DNA of 64,000 nucleotides, taken from assembly GCA_040437565.1 (NCBI GenBank), contig JBDOQK010000005.1:806001-870000 (forward strand), given 5' to 3'. Below, in pieces: positions 11,801-26,100 of the stretch. Below the pieces are notes generated by a model. It did not search any database, had not been told where the DNA came from, and saw only the letters and a list, made by a program, of their open reading frames with translations. Origin of the DNA: Albugo candida. Lineage: Eukaryota. How positions within the stretch are numbered: the stretch's first letter is position 1; each line of letters opens with the position of its first letter. The translations under genes were made by a program, and so were the position numbers.

Positions 11801-13043
11801 ATGTGGTTCTGCATCACATTACTTGTCCTCGGTTTTCATCTGACTTCGCCTTCTAGAATTGCATTTCAAGTGTCATCAAATGCCGATGTAAGTGTAACAC
11901 AATGCACTGATGTATTCATTTCTCTCATTTCGCTTACACGGAATCTAGGACTGCTTTTACGAAGAAAATGCGGCACGCGCATCTGCAACTTTTATGACAA
12001 TGCGTTTTGGTATATTAAAAGGCTCAAAGAACGATAAACTGGCCGTGGCAATCCATAGTCCATCTGGAAGAGTCATAAAGAGCTGGAATGCCACTCAAGC
12101 GGAACACACTACATCAGTACTGCACGAATTTGGAATGTATGCAATCTGTTATCGACGGATACAAGGATCGTACAAGATCAATGTATTCCATACTGTGGAG
12201 ATCATACCATCAGGAATAGCCGTTATTCTTTTATATCCCACGATGACGGCGACGCTGCAGAAGCGGAACCTTGCAGGAGCGAATTACACAATATTTCAAA
12301 CGTCAGATGATGAGAAAGACATGCAGTTTGGTATCACAGAATTCAATATCGAATCACTATCACCTAGCATGATAACCGATAGAACGCGGGCACTTCTCTC
12401 GCTTTCTGTCCGGTACAATTCGACCTCGAATGTGGTACTTCAGGTTGCCCATATGACCGACACGACACAATACCCGTTGAAATGGTCGCAGTTCGAATCA
12501 CATATAGAAAACTTATCGCGTCGTGAGATTGATAGAGACCAAGCTGCTAGTGGAAATCATGTGTATTTCGATATCACCGAATCTATCGAGGAGGCCATCA
12601 AAGACGGCAAAAGAGCTCTCACTCTTACGGTACATTAGGTCCTGTTTACTTGAAAGTGTTTGATGTTAAATACTCAAGTAGTTTCACGCCAAAGGGGGGT
12701 CTATTGGATTAGACGGCGTAGGCCATGCGTCAAGCTCATTGTATCCCCGAATCTTATTCGAAGAGGAAGAAACTGAATCACTGGAACGAATCAAGTATCT
12801 GAAAAGTCGTATCCTTGATTTACGAGGTGAAGTCTCCTACATTATTCAAAGAGAAGAGCATAGTCGCGATGGTAAGGAGATCTCTGCTGACAATGCAACT
12901 TACTAAAGACTCATATATATATAGCTGCCGAAAGCGTCAACTCACGGGTCAAGTGGCTTTCATTGTTTGTCAATGCTCTTTTGATGTGCATCGCATTGAT
13001 CCAGGTCTTTTATGTCCGAAAAATACTAGAGGGAGGTTACTAG
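11801..13043 (+). CDS. emp24/gp25L/p24 (TMED) family protein with signal peptide, GOLD domain, extra inserted domain, coiled coil and TM
   Basis: Signal peptide 'MWFCITLLVLGFHLTSPS'. After an intron comes 'DCFYEE...HSPSGRVI...GMYAICY' (GOLD). The spliced C-terminus 'SYIIQREEHSRD|AAESVNSRVKWLSLFVNALLMCIALIQVFYVRKILEGGY*' is the p24 signature. Confidence 0.85.
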
Positions 13044-14513
13044 AGCNNNNNNNNNNNNNNNNNNNNNNNNNNNNNNNNNNNNNNNNNNNNNNNNNNNNNN
13101 NNNNNNNNNNNNNNNNNNNNNNNNNNNNNNNNNNNNNNNNNNNNNNTTACTAAAGACTCATATATATATAGCTGCCGAAAGCGTCAACTCACGGGTCAAG
13201 TGGCTTTCATTGTTTGTCAATGCTCTTTTGATGTGCATCGCATTGATCCAGGTCTTTTATGTCCGAAAAATACTAGAGGGAGGTTACTAGAGCAAGGCCT
13301 CGAACAGTATCACAGAGGCACGGTAGATAACTGTAGTACAATAGCGCGCAAATCTTTGCCAAAGCTTAATGTTGTCATCTATTTCTTCCTGTATCGGTTT
13401 ACGATTATTTGACTGCTGCAATCACGTTTTGCTGTCCTGAGGAACGTGTATGCTCCAACAATATGACTGCCCACGTGTAAGAAAAGAAGGACGAACTGTT
13501 TGCGGTCCGTTGCCGACTTCTTTAGTGGATGACTAGCGGCGTCACGAGTACTTGTATTGCTCTTATACGGTCATACGGCACGATATAAGTCTCTAGTCGA
13601 ACTTTTCGAGGGGAATGGCATTCAAATTTGCACAAAGAGAAAAGAATCAGTGCATAGATAAGGAGATCCGTATAGTCTGATTCCAGAAAATCACAACTCA
13701 AAGGAAACGGAGTATGAACGGATATATAGAAGCTCACCTAACGTGTGCATTCTGCTACATATAGCTGAACGCACATTTTCATTTGTGATGTTTGTTATTG
13801 TCTTGCCAATTTGGGAATCTTATGTAATTCGAATAAGACAACTTATTATCTGATCTAGTATGTTTTAAGTTGGGATAGATACGCTTATCTTCAGTATTCA
13901 TGACAAAAGCAATTCGACCGAATAAAATTTGCAAGCGAATTATGGCAGTCTTCATCTGTGTACAGGTTCACATACAAGGAGTCGCCAGTGCTGCCACATG
14001 TCTTATCCGTCGTTGCACATAAGACCCACCCTGATTGACATGACAAGCACCAAACATCACGAATATTTGCATGCATCGGGCTATACGTTATTTTCGTTCA
14101 TTTCGGTTTGCAACGATCTTGCAATAAGCATATGATTTAGTGTACTTGTCAGCTATCGAATGGTGGGAATATCGGGTTGCGTTTCGAGCAATTTGGAGTA
14201 TATTTCGTGATAGAACTGATGACACAACATGCTAATACTATACGGAAGCTATATGGTAAGTGCCATCATTATATCTATGCTTACTTGCGCGTCAAATGAT
14301 TCACATTGTCACGCACGGAACAAGACCAATACTAACAATTTTACATCATCGTACATTTTGTAGCTTATTAAAGGCAACTACCGTACCAATAGATCAATAA
14401 GAGAATTATCTTAACAATCGTTAGACGCACACGCAGTGGATATTCGCTCGATTCACATCCGCTGTGCGTTTCACACTCAGCGAATCAAATAGCTTCGTGG
14501 CTAGTCAGTTAAG

Positions 14514-16808
14514 ATGCGATTGCACTCGCCAAGCACCACTAATTTTACTCGTTGGGGTGACGCGCAACGTTCTTTCATTCATTCCTCTCGCAGAGAAAAT
14601 GTGTTGGTGGTTGGTGGTGGACCTGTTGGCTCAATCTTTGCCTATTTATGCCAGAAAATTTTCTCAGTACCCGTCCGCGTAATCGAGAGACAGATGCGAC
14701 CAACCAACCATCCTCAAGCTCATTTTATAAGTTTACGTACCATGGAGATATTGTATTCCTTATTACCGGAATTTCACTATCGTGTTCGCAAATTAGCCGC
14801 ACCAGTTTTGATGGTAAGTGGCAATAATGATAATGCACACAAACACCTGACTGCATCATGCTTTCGAATCAGTGGAAGGATTACGTGTATTGCAGTAAAG
14901 TGCAGAAGTTGCATGTGTTTGCAACGATTGATCAAATCCCAACGTCGCACATGTCGACATCGAAAAGGAAGAATGTCAGTAATATGCTTTCACCGACCCA
15001 ATTCGTTCATTTTCCTCAGAATCAGTTTGAGCAATTGTTGAGCGATGTTTTACGTGAGAATCAAGTAATAGTAGAGCGTGGGGTTGAGTTGGTGGATCTG
15101 ACGCCTTCCAATTCACCGGAGCTGCTACCTCAAGTAAAATTGCGGCATTTGTCTCGGTAAGAAGCAAATATGAAATTTTCAAAAGCTTATTCGTTATGCT
15201 AGTGTAGGAACAACCAGAGAATATGAGCACTGCACTCCGGATTATGTAATTGGTGCGGATGGAGCTCACTCGTTAGTGAGAAAACTGAGCAACATCGACT
15301 TGCTTGGAGCCAAAAATCTCCAAAGTTTAGTGAACATCCACTTTACTTGCCCTAAAGTCAGCAAAGTTATCATCGCTATTTCCAGACATTTCTTTGATAG
15401 TGTCTCTTGTACTCAATAGCTCGCCCAATATGCTCAACACAATGTCCCAGCAATGCTCTACTTCATATTTAATCCCGAGGTCATTGGAGTATTAATTGCG
15501 CACGATTATGGCAAAGGCGAATTTGTCCTTCAAGTGCCATTTTTTCCGCCTCACGAAAGTATCGAGCTAGACTTTACGAGGCAAAAGTGTTTCTACAAGA
15601 TCAAATCGTTCTTACCGAATGATATGAAGTTCTTGCCGGAAGATCTTTCGATTCATTCCATCGGCCAATGGCAGATGGCAGCTCGTATCGCAGAAAGCTT
15701 TCACGACAAAAGTCGACGAATTATACTGATGGGTGATGCTGCCCATCAATTTCCTCCTGCAGGTGGTTTTGGAATGAACACTGGCATCCAAGACGCTCAT
15801 AATTTGGCATGGAAACTTGGCTACATCATGCAAGGAGAAGCCGGAAAAATTGGATCAACTCGTGAAGAGATCCTTGATTCTTACCAGCAAGAGCGAATGT
15901 GCATTGCAAACATGACATTGAAGCTGAGTATTCGCAATGTTGATCGGACGATGCGTGTGCCTTCGGCACTTCAGCTTTCGCATAAAAGCGCCAAAAACTT
16001 GACACATTTCCTCAATAGTCCTACACTAAATCAGCTGCTTCCCAATTCGATGCGTCGAGGAATACTGAAAAATTTGATGGCTATTGGAACACTACCACTT
16101 CACTTGGCAAGTTCCAAAAACAACTTGGTTGGCCAATTATTACAGGCTGAGGCTCGAAAGATCGTGGAATCGCGGCAGAGCTTAGCTATGCTGTTCTATC
16201 ATTTCGACATAGGCTATTCGTATAGAACAACATACTGGTTCGAACGGGCTCGTACGTTGATGGAAGACAAAGTACTAAATTACTCGTCTTTTTATACTTT
16301 GAATAATACCGCCGAACGCTCCAGTGAACAACACATTTATAGACCGCTGTTCGAGATTGGTATGCGATTTCCGCATATATGGCTCTCCAAGAAGTCCTTG
16401 AATGGGGAGATCAGCATTCTCTCCTCCTTATCACTATACTGGGATATAATCCATAAACCCCGTGCGGAAATTCTGCATGAGGCCTCGGAAAAGCAGTTGT
16501 TACCATTTTTGTTGATACTGAACGAAGACCTCATACTTTCGCACATCACACAATCACTCAAGTCAAAGATCGAGCACATTGATGTGATAAGCATCAAAAC
16601 TGGTGAGGCGAAGGACCAGCCAGAATGCGAAACATTTTTTGCGAAGGAGAATGACATTTTGTGGAATGAGTTCCGGCGATCCTCACTTGCTATTCTTATT
16701 CGTCCAGATGGTCACATTGGGCATATCTGGCCACTTCCAAGTGAGACATTAACACTTGATGAAGTGAAGATCGCGATATGTAGCTCAATCAAGATGGCAT
16801 CAACGTAG
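14514..16808 (+). CDS. CoqF: FAD-dependent monooxygenase (FAD_binding_3), CoqF-type ubiquinone C6-hydroxylase candidate, 4 exons
   Basis: GGGPVG, 'HPQAHFI', 'YVIGADGAHS', 'MLYFIFNPEVIGVLIAHD..KGEFVLQVPFFPP', 'GDAAHQFPPAGGFGMNTGIQDAHNLAWKL' and 'IRPDGHI'. The Arg/Ser-rich N-terminus resembles a mitochondrial presequence. The family call is secure; CoqF orthology rests on recalled Arabidopsis At1g24340 motifs. Confidence 0.8.
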
Positions 16809-19284
16809 ACGGGCTAACATCATAAATGATGCACGAGAGGGTCAATCGAAAATCGGTTTATTAAAGTATAGGTGACTTCGATGGCGGAAAATAGGGAACG
16901 TTTTACAATGTGATAGGCTACGACGAAGACTGCATTGAGCACAAAAGAATACTGCCATGTGGAATGTGCCTTCGTAAGCTCGGACGATTACATCGAAACA
17001 TGATTANNNNNNNNNNNNNNNNNNNNNNNNNNNNNNNNNNNNNNNNNNNNNNNNNNNNNNNNNNNNNNNNNNNNNNNNNNNNNNNNNNNNNNNNNNNNNN
17101 NNNNNNCCCGTGCGGAAATTCTGCATGAGGCCTCGGAAAAGCAGTTGTTACCATTTTTGTTGATACTGAACGAAGACCTCATACTTTCGCACATCACACA
17201 ATCACTCAAGTCAAAGATCGAGCACATTGATGTGATAAGCATCAAAACTGGTGAGGCGAAGGACCAGCCAGAATGCGAAACATTTTTTGCGAAGGAGAAT
17301 GACATTTTGTGGAATGAGTTCCGGCGATCCTCACTTGCTATTCTTATTCGTCCAGATGGTCACATTGGGCATATCTGGCCACTTCCAAGTGAGACATTAA
17401 CACTTGATGAAGTGAAGATCGCGATATGTAGCTCAATCAAGATGGCATCAACGTAGACGGGCTAACATCATAAATGATGCACGAGAGGGTCAATCGAAAA
17501 TCGGTTTATTAAAGTATAGGTGACTTCGATGGCGGAAAATAGGGAACGTTTTACAATGTGATAGGCTACGACGAAGACTGCATTGAGCACAAAAGAATAC
17601 TGCCATGTGGAATGTGCCTTCGTAAGCTCGGACGATTACATCGAAACATGATTAATGCGCCGATCATTTAACATACAAAACATATCTTTATGTGATCAGA
17701 AGGCTGTCGATACTATGTCGTCACTGGAGCTTGAAACTTGAACGATATTTCTGCGTGCGTCAGCATAGTCTTAATTCTTATGATTCACAGTTACAATGCT
17801 CGTGAGAAGTAATGCTCCTCGCATTTACTCGTTTTGTTCTCATTCATCTATCATTAGGATCCTTACTGTCTAATCCACTAGTGGACNNNNNNNNNNNNNN
17901 NNNNNNNNNNNNNNNNNNNNNNNNNNNNNNNNNNNNNNNNNNNNNNNNNNNNNNNNNNNNNNNNNNNNNNNNNNNNNNNNNNNNNNACTATGTCGTCACT
18001 GGAGCTTGAAACTTGAACGATATTTCTGCGTGCGTCAGCATAGTCTTAATTCTTATGATTCACAGTTACAATGCTCGTGAGAAGTAATGCTCCTCGCATT
18101 TACTCGTTTTGTTCTCATTCATCTATCATTAGGATCCTTACTGTCTAATCCACTAGTGGACACCGCAGTCGAATTGTAAAGTTCATACTTTGATTAAGTC
18201 GTATGCCGGCATCAGAGATCAGGATGATAGTAGCATCCGGCAGCTATGTAACCCCATCATCATTCATATTTGCATCTTGGGACCAGACAAATAAATTTTG
18301 GTAGGGCTCAGCAATTTTTTTGTTGAGCAATAATTTTTTTGTTGAAGTAGGNNNNNNNNNNNNNNNNNNNNNNNNNNNNNNNNNNNNNNNNNNNNNNNNN
18401 NNNNNNNNNNNNNNNNNNNNNNNNNNNNNNNNNNNNNNNNNNNNNNNNNNNCTCAGCAATTTTTTTGTTGAGCAATAATTTTTTTGTTGAAGTAGGGATC
18501 ATTTGCGCTCATAGATGAGATGCAGGCGCATTTGATTGATGCTACATGCTAATCTGAGAGAAAAAGCCACAAGGGCCGCTTCGTCCCGATGTTCTACATA
18601 ACTGAGACGAATAGCGATCCTTCACATGTGACCTGAGTCGGCTGCTTTAGTGATTTACACGGAGATATTGATCAATTCGAGGTGTGAGTTGAGCACAATC
18701 ATTGAGGTCTGAGTAGTATTGAGCAATAACTTCGTCCTTCTCTTGTTTTGCCATGTCTTTTTGACGAAAGATCTCGTTCAAGTTTTATTTTCACACTCAA
18801 AAATATAACTTAGACTCTTTTATCTCAAGGCATCGCTAAGATGGTCTGGATACGAAATGTTTCAAAATTCACCCGAGCTGTATTCGCACTGTCCTGTGCG
18901 CTGACACTTTATTTCAACCACCTTACCATCGCACCTGTTGAATCCATCGATCTACCGCAAGAACGGCCTCGCCTTGTGTTTGCAAACGAATCGGTATAAC
19001 GCCAGTGTTCTGCAAGATGAAAGCATAAGTAGTATAAAATTGCAATGACGACCTGATCCATACAGTGGCTATGGAAAAATTGGATGAATGTGTGATCTCC
19101 AAGTGATCGTAATTCTGATTACGTAGGACTACAATATATTCGATTTTCTACTGCACAGTACACCAGAGAAGGCTGGAAGAGCTGTAGAGCATATATGATC
19201 TAAAATCGCCGTAGAAAATGAGCTTTCATGATACGAAAATGTATACTGAGGGGCTTGAACTCCAAAAGTGTATGGTCAAATACA

Positions 19285-20406
19285 TTATAGTTGGCATTTT
19301 GTAGCTGCTGTAAATAGAATTCCGTGGCAGCCTTTTGATAAACCCATCAGCCTTAGAAATAAGTTACATTCAAGTTTACTTACGACTGCGCTGAACGCAG
19401 GCCGTGCGATAGCTGGCAAGCTAGATTGCACGAGTCGAGTCGCATCAAGATGCTCTCGGATTCTGATAAAAATGTCTTCAACAATAGGTGCAAACATCTC
19501 CCCATGCTGCGGATTTTGCAATGCCTGTGCTAGCATGTCATCATCTAGATTGTACTTGAGGCAATATAATTAGTGATCCGGATATATGTTATTCATAGTG
19601 AGTGAAAAGAATTGGTTTACCTTACAAAAAAGCTCTTGAGGTAGGTAGGTCTGTTGTTGTGCGACATGGAATGGCACTGCACGTAGCAGATTTGACAGAC
19701 CTATTGCTACACCTGCATGACTTGCGATTCGATCTGCCGTCTCGTCACGAATTCCCAGTATTTCCAATGTCAGATACAAGAGCGATGCAGTAGTGTGCTC
19801 GGTGTAAAGCTCTAATTCTTCAAAAGTTTGGTACTCTGCAGTTTCAAGATCTCTTTCCTGATATATACACGATAAGGAACACTACCGTAAACGTACTACG
19901 AAGGCTTTCTTACTCGTGCATCCAAAATACGGTCAAACCATAACCTTGTCAATTGACCTTTTCTTATCGTCTTGGCAAGCTCTTCAAGAAGCACAGAATC
20001 ATATGGAAGGCTTTGTGAAGGAGACTTGAAAAGACTGTGAATCATTTCACGCCACCATTGCATTCGTATACTACCAGGAGCAAGTTTTCCATGTGCCATA
20101 TCTCTAATTCTAGCTGTTTCGACATTAAATGCTCTCTTTAATTGAAAATGAAAACTCAGATTTGACGGCAGCCATAGTCACATCTTTACGTACAACTGCA
20201 AAATACGCTTCACGATGGTCTTGTGGAAATAGAAGACCGCAGAAATAGTTTGTATAATCGTATTTTTTTACAATTTCTCGCAATGAATATGTAGTAGTAT
20301 GGGTATATCGTTGGTAAAAGGTCTTTCCTAGTCCATGTCGTCGCACTGGAAGGCGAATCATTGTTGGCTGTCGTCGTAACTTGATAATAGGCAGTAAGAA
20401 TTCCAT
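19285..20406 (-). CDS. NDUFAF6: NADH dehydrogenase complex I assembly factor 6 (squalene/phytoene synthase-like fold), 4 exons
   Basis: 'VKKYDYTNYFCGLLFP...YFAV|RAFNVETARIRD...IRMQWWRE', 'LTRLWFDRILDAR', 'ASHAGVAIGLSNLLRAVPFH..QQTYLP' and 'HLDATR...PAF'. The N-terminus resembles a mitochondrial presequence. Confidence 0.88.
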
Positions 20407-23151
20407 ATTTACAAACTAGATAACATAGATCTGTCAGGCGTCAGCGAAAGCTCGAGTCTAAAACGGACATGATGCCGCCGCAAAAGTGCTCATAATAATA
20501 GTAATAATATAGATCTACAGCCTCCGTTTGACAAAAACAATACATGCGGCATGGCACGAATCACCGAATACTAGAAGAGGGGACGCGTCGGCACTTTAAT
20601 GAACCTTATTATGCGCAGGTTATAAGTATCTGCATCAGTACGACCGGCTCATTCGCGCAAATCTTTGGCGATTCGGCTGATCCACACAAAAGCTGACTTG
20701 CATCGTATTAAGTGCTATAAGCATTCGTGAAGCCAGCCGATGCACTATTGCTGGCCATGTGCCATAGCAGACACACTCATCAGTTGACTTGGTATCCGTG
20801 TTGGNNNNNNNNNNNNNNNNNNNNNNNNNNNNNNNNNNNNNNNNNNNNNNNNNNNNNNNNNNNNNNNNNNNNNNNNNNNNNNNNNNNNNNNNNNNNNNNN
20901 NNNNTTCGGCTGATCCACACAAAAGCTGACTTGCATCGTATTAAGTGCTATAAGCATTCGTGAAGCCAGCCGATGCACTATTGCTGGCCATGTGCCATAG
21001 CAGACACACTCATCAGTTGACTTGGTATCCGTGTTGGCTGAAAGCCTCCACAGCAGATGTTTTTCCCTTCCAGAATTCCACGGTAAAATTAATTCATCGT
21101 AGTTGGTTTTCACGCCAGTGATCTAAACGGGTCAATGTCACAAAGAGTTATATCATGCTACATGTATTTGCAGATCACATGACTGGGATACGCTACGGAT
21201 CACAGTGTGAAAATTTTAGATTCGTACAATACTATGCCCTAGATGACCCACATGCACCCACTTTATCGTTTCTTTTGGTTGGAAAAAGCCGGTGTAAAGC
21301 ATATATGAGATCGAATTGAGAACAAGTCAGTCTAATAAGACGTACATACCGACAATTCTGGCGTGGAAACAAAGTATTTGCGCCAGGTTTGACCAGTTCA
21401 AGTATGGTTTACTTAGCCTTCTCGAATTTTAATCAGATTCTGGTCGGCATGGAAAAAAGTGAAGGACAGATGGTCGTGAAGCCCCCATAACGAATGCTAT
21501 ACGCTCTATCCAAGCTCTGGCAAGGGTATATTGACAATATCTTGCGCGACTTATACTACCGCGATGATGTGAATAGAACCTATCGGATGAAAATGCAGAT
21601 TTTGACTCGCCATGGATCTGTGATGTTCAGAGGTGCGGAAGAACGATGGTGAAGCTAACTCAAGTAGGGATGTATCAAACAATGTGTTCGGGACACGAGT
21701 TTGGTAATTTTCTTCTAGTGAACACAAAGTCTAACCTGCTGAGAAGAGATTCAATGATATTGCCTCATGTATTGGAGGCTTTTTATTCCAAAGGCGAACG
21801 AAGAATGGATCTGAGTGAACCAGAAAACTTTATAACAAACACAGAACCTGTTGCCAACTTCGGTCGACTTTTGAAAAAAGCTTCCGACCTAGCCGTTGCG
21901 GCACTACATGACTGGAACATGAGCGTGTTGTTTTGAGAAAGCTTCTTGAAAGCGTTTATTCAAAGACGATATTCAGTAGCCACTTGTTTCTCCCATGATT
22001 CTAGACGGTACCAAGCATCGTTTGAAATAAAAGTTTACTTCGATGTCGTGATCGCGCAGTGCAGTCAAGACGGAAATCAATTTACCTTTATTCCATATCA
22101 ATCGCATTCAGCTTCTGTTCCACTTTGCTGTTCAACTGCTCACCTTGCATATTTTCTCGCATAGTGGGCAAGTATCATTTTCATTCGGAGCATAGCCCGT
22201 AACCAAATAGAGCTCATTACTAATTTCAGTAGCTTTGCAATGTTATGCGTGACATACACACGCATGATATGCCTTTCGATCTACTTACACTATCTTAGTT
22301 GGCGCTATAGTAAACGCGCTCCAACTTGGTACGTTGTTATTGGGTATCTTGCTACAATTTGCATCAGCTTGCAAAGCCGGTAAGCGAGCAAGTGCGCCTT
22401 GACGATAATAAAATTTTGTCGTGTTTCCACCTTTGGAGTTGGGAAGCTGGTCATATAGCCATGAGCTTAGTGACTGCATCTCAGCTAGTAGTACAAGTAT
22501 AGAAGCCTACCTGCGTGCAGAATAGCTATGACAATATAGAGCATGTATGTAAGAGTACTTCCGTTGTGACAGCTTTTGGTCGGGCTACTTGTGATTGATG
22601 CGGAAGTAAAATCTATCCAACCATCCAACGTCAATAATGCTCAGCACTCCTTTGTGTATATGAGATATGACAACAGATGCGTGTGATGTAAAATGAATCA
22701 GCACAAGACAATTGTTGCAGGGACAAAGTAGCTAATTCTCGTATTTCATCTTTGTACAAAGTCGCAAGCGCAGGTATAATTTCTGGCAAGAATCATGCTT
22801 TTAAGTCTTCTATTCCGTACACTTGGTCAAAGGATTAAGCTGATGGGTGACACTGCGAGGATAAAAGCCTTCAACGTGAAAATGCGCATAAATTGCCAGG
22901 AATATATATACCACAAGTGACAGATNNNNNNNNNNNNNNNNNNNNNNNNNNNNNNNNNNNNNNNNNNNNNNNNNNNNNNNNNNNNNNNNNNNNNNNNNNN
23001 NNNNNNNNNNNNNNNNNNNNNNNNNGATAAAAGCCTTCAACGTGAAAATGCGCATAAATTGCCAGGAATATATATACCACAAGTGACAGATAGCATATAT
23101 TATCGCAATTACACTACCACATATATTATATCTTAATTCACAAGTCTTGAC

Positions 23152-26100
23152 CTACTGTACATTGTCACGATGCTTATGGACGTTTACGTCATCTGATGCT
23201 GCTATCGCTTCATCAAGAGTCTCCTCAATACGCATTCGGTCTTGTTGTTGACGTACTCTTCTTCTACCCAGAATTGATCGGATAGGTATTACATCACGAA
23301 GAGGCACTGGTGGTATAGCTGTATGATTTTGCATGATTCGTTCTATCTCGATTGGTATTTGTGTATTGTCAGAAGTATCCCGATGTTGGGAAAGATGTTG
23401 ATCGGATTCACTCGATGTGAGCATTTGCTTATCAGAATCGGACTTTCTCTTACTTGGATCAACTGACGACTCGCGTGTGTACAGGATCGCTGGTGTCGAT
23501 ACAACCTCACTCGATGATAGCATTTCTTGGCCCTTCGATTCAAATTCTACATATTCCCTTGTTTCGGCCTCATTGGTAGTACTCGANNNNNNNNNNNNNN
23601 NNNNNNNNNNNNNNNNNNNNNNNNNNNNNNNNNNNNNNNNNNNNNNNNNNNNNNNNNNNNNNNNNNNNNNNNNNNNNNNNNNNNNNTCTACCCAGAATTG
23701 ATCGGATAGGTATTACATCACGAAGAGGCACTGGTGGTATAGCTGTATACGTTTCACCAGGTCCACGCGATCTGCTTTTATCGTCTAATGTCTGATTTTG
23801 CATGATTCGTTCTATCTCGATTGGTATTTGTGTATTGTCAGAAGTATCCCGGTGTTGGGAAAGATGTTGATCGGATTCACTCGATGTGAGCATTTGCTTA
23901 TCAGAATCGGACTTTCTCTTACTTGGATCAACTGAAGACTCGCGTGTGTACAGGATTGCTGGTGTCGATACAACCTCACTCGATGATAACATTTCTTGGC
24001 CCTTCGATTCAAATTCTACATATTCCCTTGTTTCGGCCTCATTGGTAGTACTCGACACGGACATTAGTTGGCTGGATACTGTCTCGGTACGAACTTGCTT
24101 CGGAGAATCGAGTGAGGAAATTGCATCTATCTCCTCAACTGAGGTCGTGCTTCCCCGCCGTCCTTTCTTTGGTTTCATATCGCGCGATTTGATCTTGGGC
24201 ATCGCAGATAATGCATCTTGCTTGCTTGATCTGCGCATGAGTCTAGCCGAACTTGATAGATTCTTTCTTCGATGCAATGGATTCGCAGTCATATGGGCGA
24301 CCATCTCCAGACCATCTTCATCATCATCTTTACTCGGTGGTCTATACAGATCTGCTTCACGTTCCACATTTCGATCTCGTTTCCCAATTTCCGAGACTGG
24401 AGTCAATATACCACTTCCTGCAGCGACAGAGGCTGTTTTTGACCCACTCATCGATTTCTTAAATTCAAAAATTTTCTCGTACAAATCAGGGCGTAGAGCA
24501 ACTAGCAGTTCCGTTGAGAGCACAGCGGCGAAATAAGCACAGCTACCAAGTATCAACAATATTGTCCAGGCAGAAAGAAGTTGAGCTGGGACACTATTAA
24601 AACCGTCTTTTTCCGAGCCCAATTGACCGCTATCAAACATCACTCCACTCAAAAGGATCATACAAGAGCTAAACACCAATGTTGCATCGACAGAGTTATG
24701 ATCCCACAAATTCTCAGTAGATATAATTGGTTCGAGATTTATAGCTCCTATATTTGCTGTAGGAGTTTGTGCTGTTTTAGTGATTGTTGACATCGACCTA
24801 GTTTCATTTTCATTGCTGGTGAATGTACTTTGTATTCCTCGGTGTATAAACCACTTTGGGAATCGCTTGAAGAGCTGGAAGGAGGCGGGCTGGTCCAGTT
24901 TATCTTTCGATAAATTAGACTCGAAGTCATCAATCTTTGATTTATTGTGATTCTTTCGAAAATCAGTAGTAGGCTGTGTGACTATTTCATCTCTCTCAAC
25001 AAGTCTCAAATGCGCTGGCTGAATATATTTGTCACCACGTAATTTGGCCAGGCGAACTTCCTGCAATACGTGCTTGGAATAATCTTCTACTACCTTTTTC
25101 GTCTCACTTGCGCTCATGTACGGTTTATTACGCACCTGGAACGCATAATGGAGCAGGAGTAAGAGCATCACAGCCGCTAATTGGAATGTTGGATGTTGAC
25201 GAAAGAGAACTGCAATGACTACAACTAGGAACTTTCGAACAATAATGACCACCATCCAGAACCAATAACGAGGTTTGAATTGGTAATATAAACGCGAATA
25301 CTTTTTCCGAAAATCCCAACAGTTTGGATTCGTCTTCCTTGTGGTCCCACGTTGCATAGCACGTAATAATTGATCTTCCCTCACCAAATCCCTGTTTCTG
25401 TATAGCGTGTAAAAGACAAATAGTGGATAGCCTAGTGTGTAGACAAGAAACGATACCACTGCATACGGAAACAATTCCGAGTGCATTCCTCCGGGTTTGA
25501 AGCATTGTGCATATATGGATACCATGTACGTGTTTCCGTCAGCTGGAATAGGAGATACGCAATTGAATATTTCCAATGTAGTTCGGGTTAGATACAAGTA
25601 CATGTAATACAGCATGAGCAATGTGAAGCCAAAAAGTAGAGGTTTGTGCGTAGTCAATCGAGTGCGACGACCTTTGATATATCTTTTGAAGGCATATTTG
25701 GTGACAAAGATGATCACAGAAATAAGCGTGAGAGCCAGAGGCAATACCTCAATACCAATCCACTTCATCTTATATGTAATTGGAACACTTAGGCACTCTG
25801 GAGNNNNNNNNNNNNNNNNNNNNNNNNNNNNNNNNNNNNNNNNNNNNNNNNNNNNNNNNNNNNNNNNNNNNNNNNNNNNNNNNNNNNNNNNNNNNNNNNN
25901 NNNCCACGTTGCATAGCACGTAATAATTGATCTTCCCTCACCAAATCCCTGTTTCTGTATAGCGTGTAAAAGACAAATAGTGGATAGCCTAGTGTGTAGA
26001 CAAGAAACGATACCACTGCATACGGAAACAATTCCGAGTGCATTCCTCCGGGTTTGAAGCATTGTGCATATATGGATACCATGTACGTGTTTCCGTCAGC

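Noticed and set aside
17107-17654. Apparent second partial copy of the monooxygenase 3' end
   Set aside because: Identical to 16458-17006 across a 100-N gap; an assembly overlap, not a paralog.
18841-18999. 52-codon ORF with a signal-peptide-like start (possible small secreted protein)
   Set aside because: Very short, no RXLR, CHxC or CCG motif, and no convincing spliced continuation.
21449-21936. 'LYALSKLWQGYIDNIL' faintly resembles RNase P subunit POP4/Rpp29
   Set aside because: There is an in-frame stop just upstream and no further recognisable motifs; too weak to call even as a pseudogene without a search.
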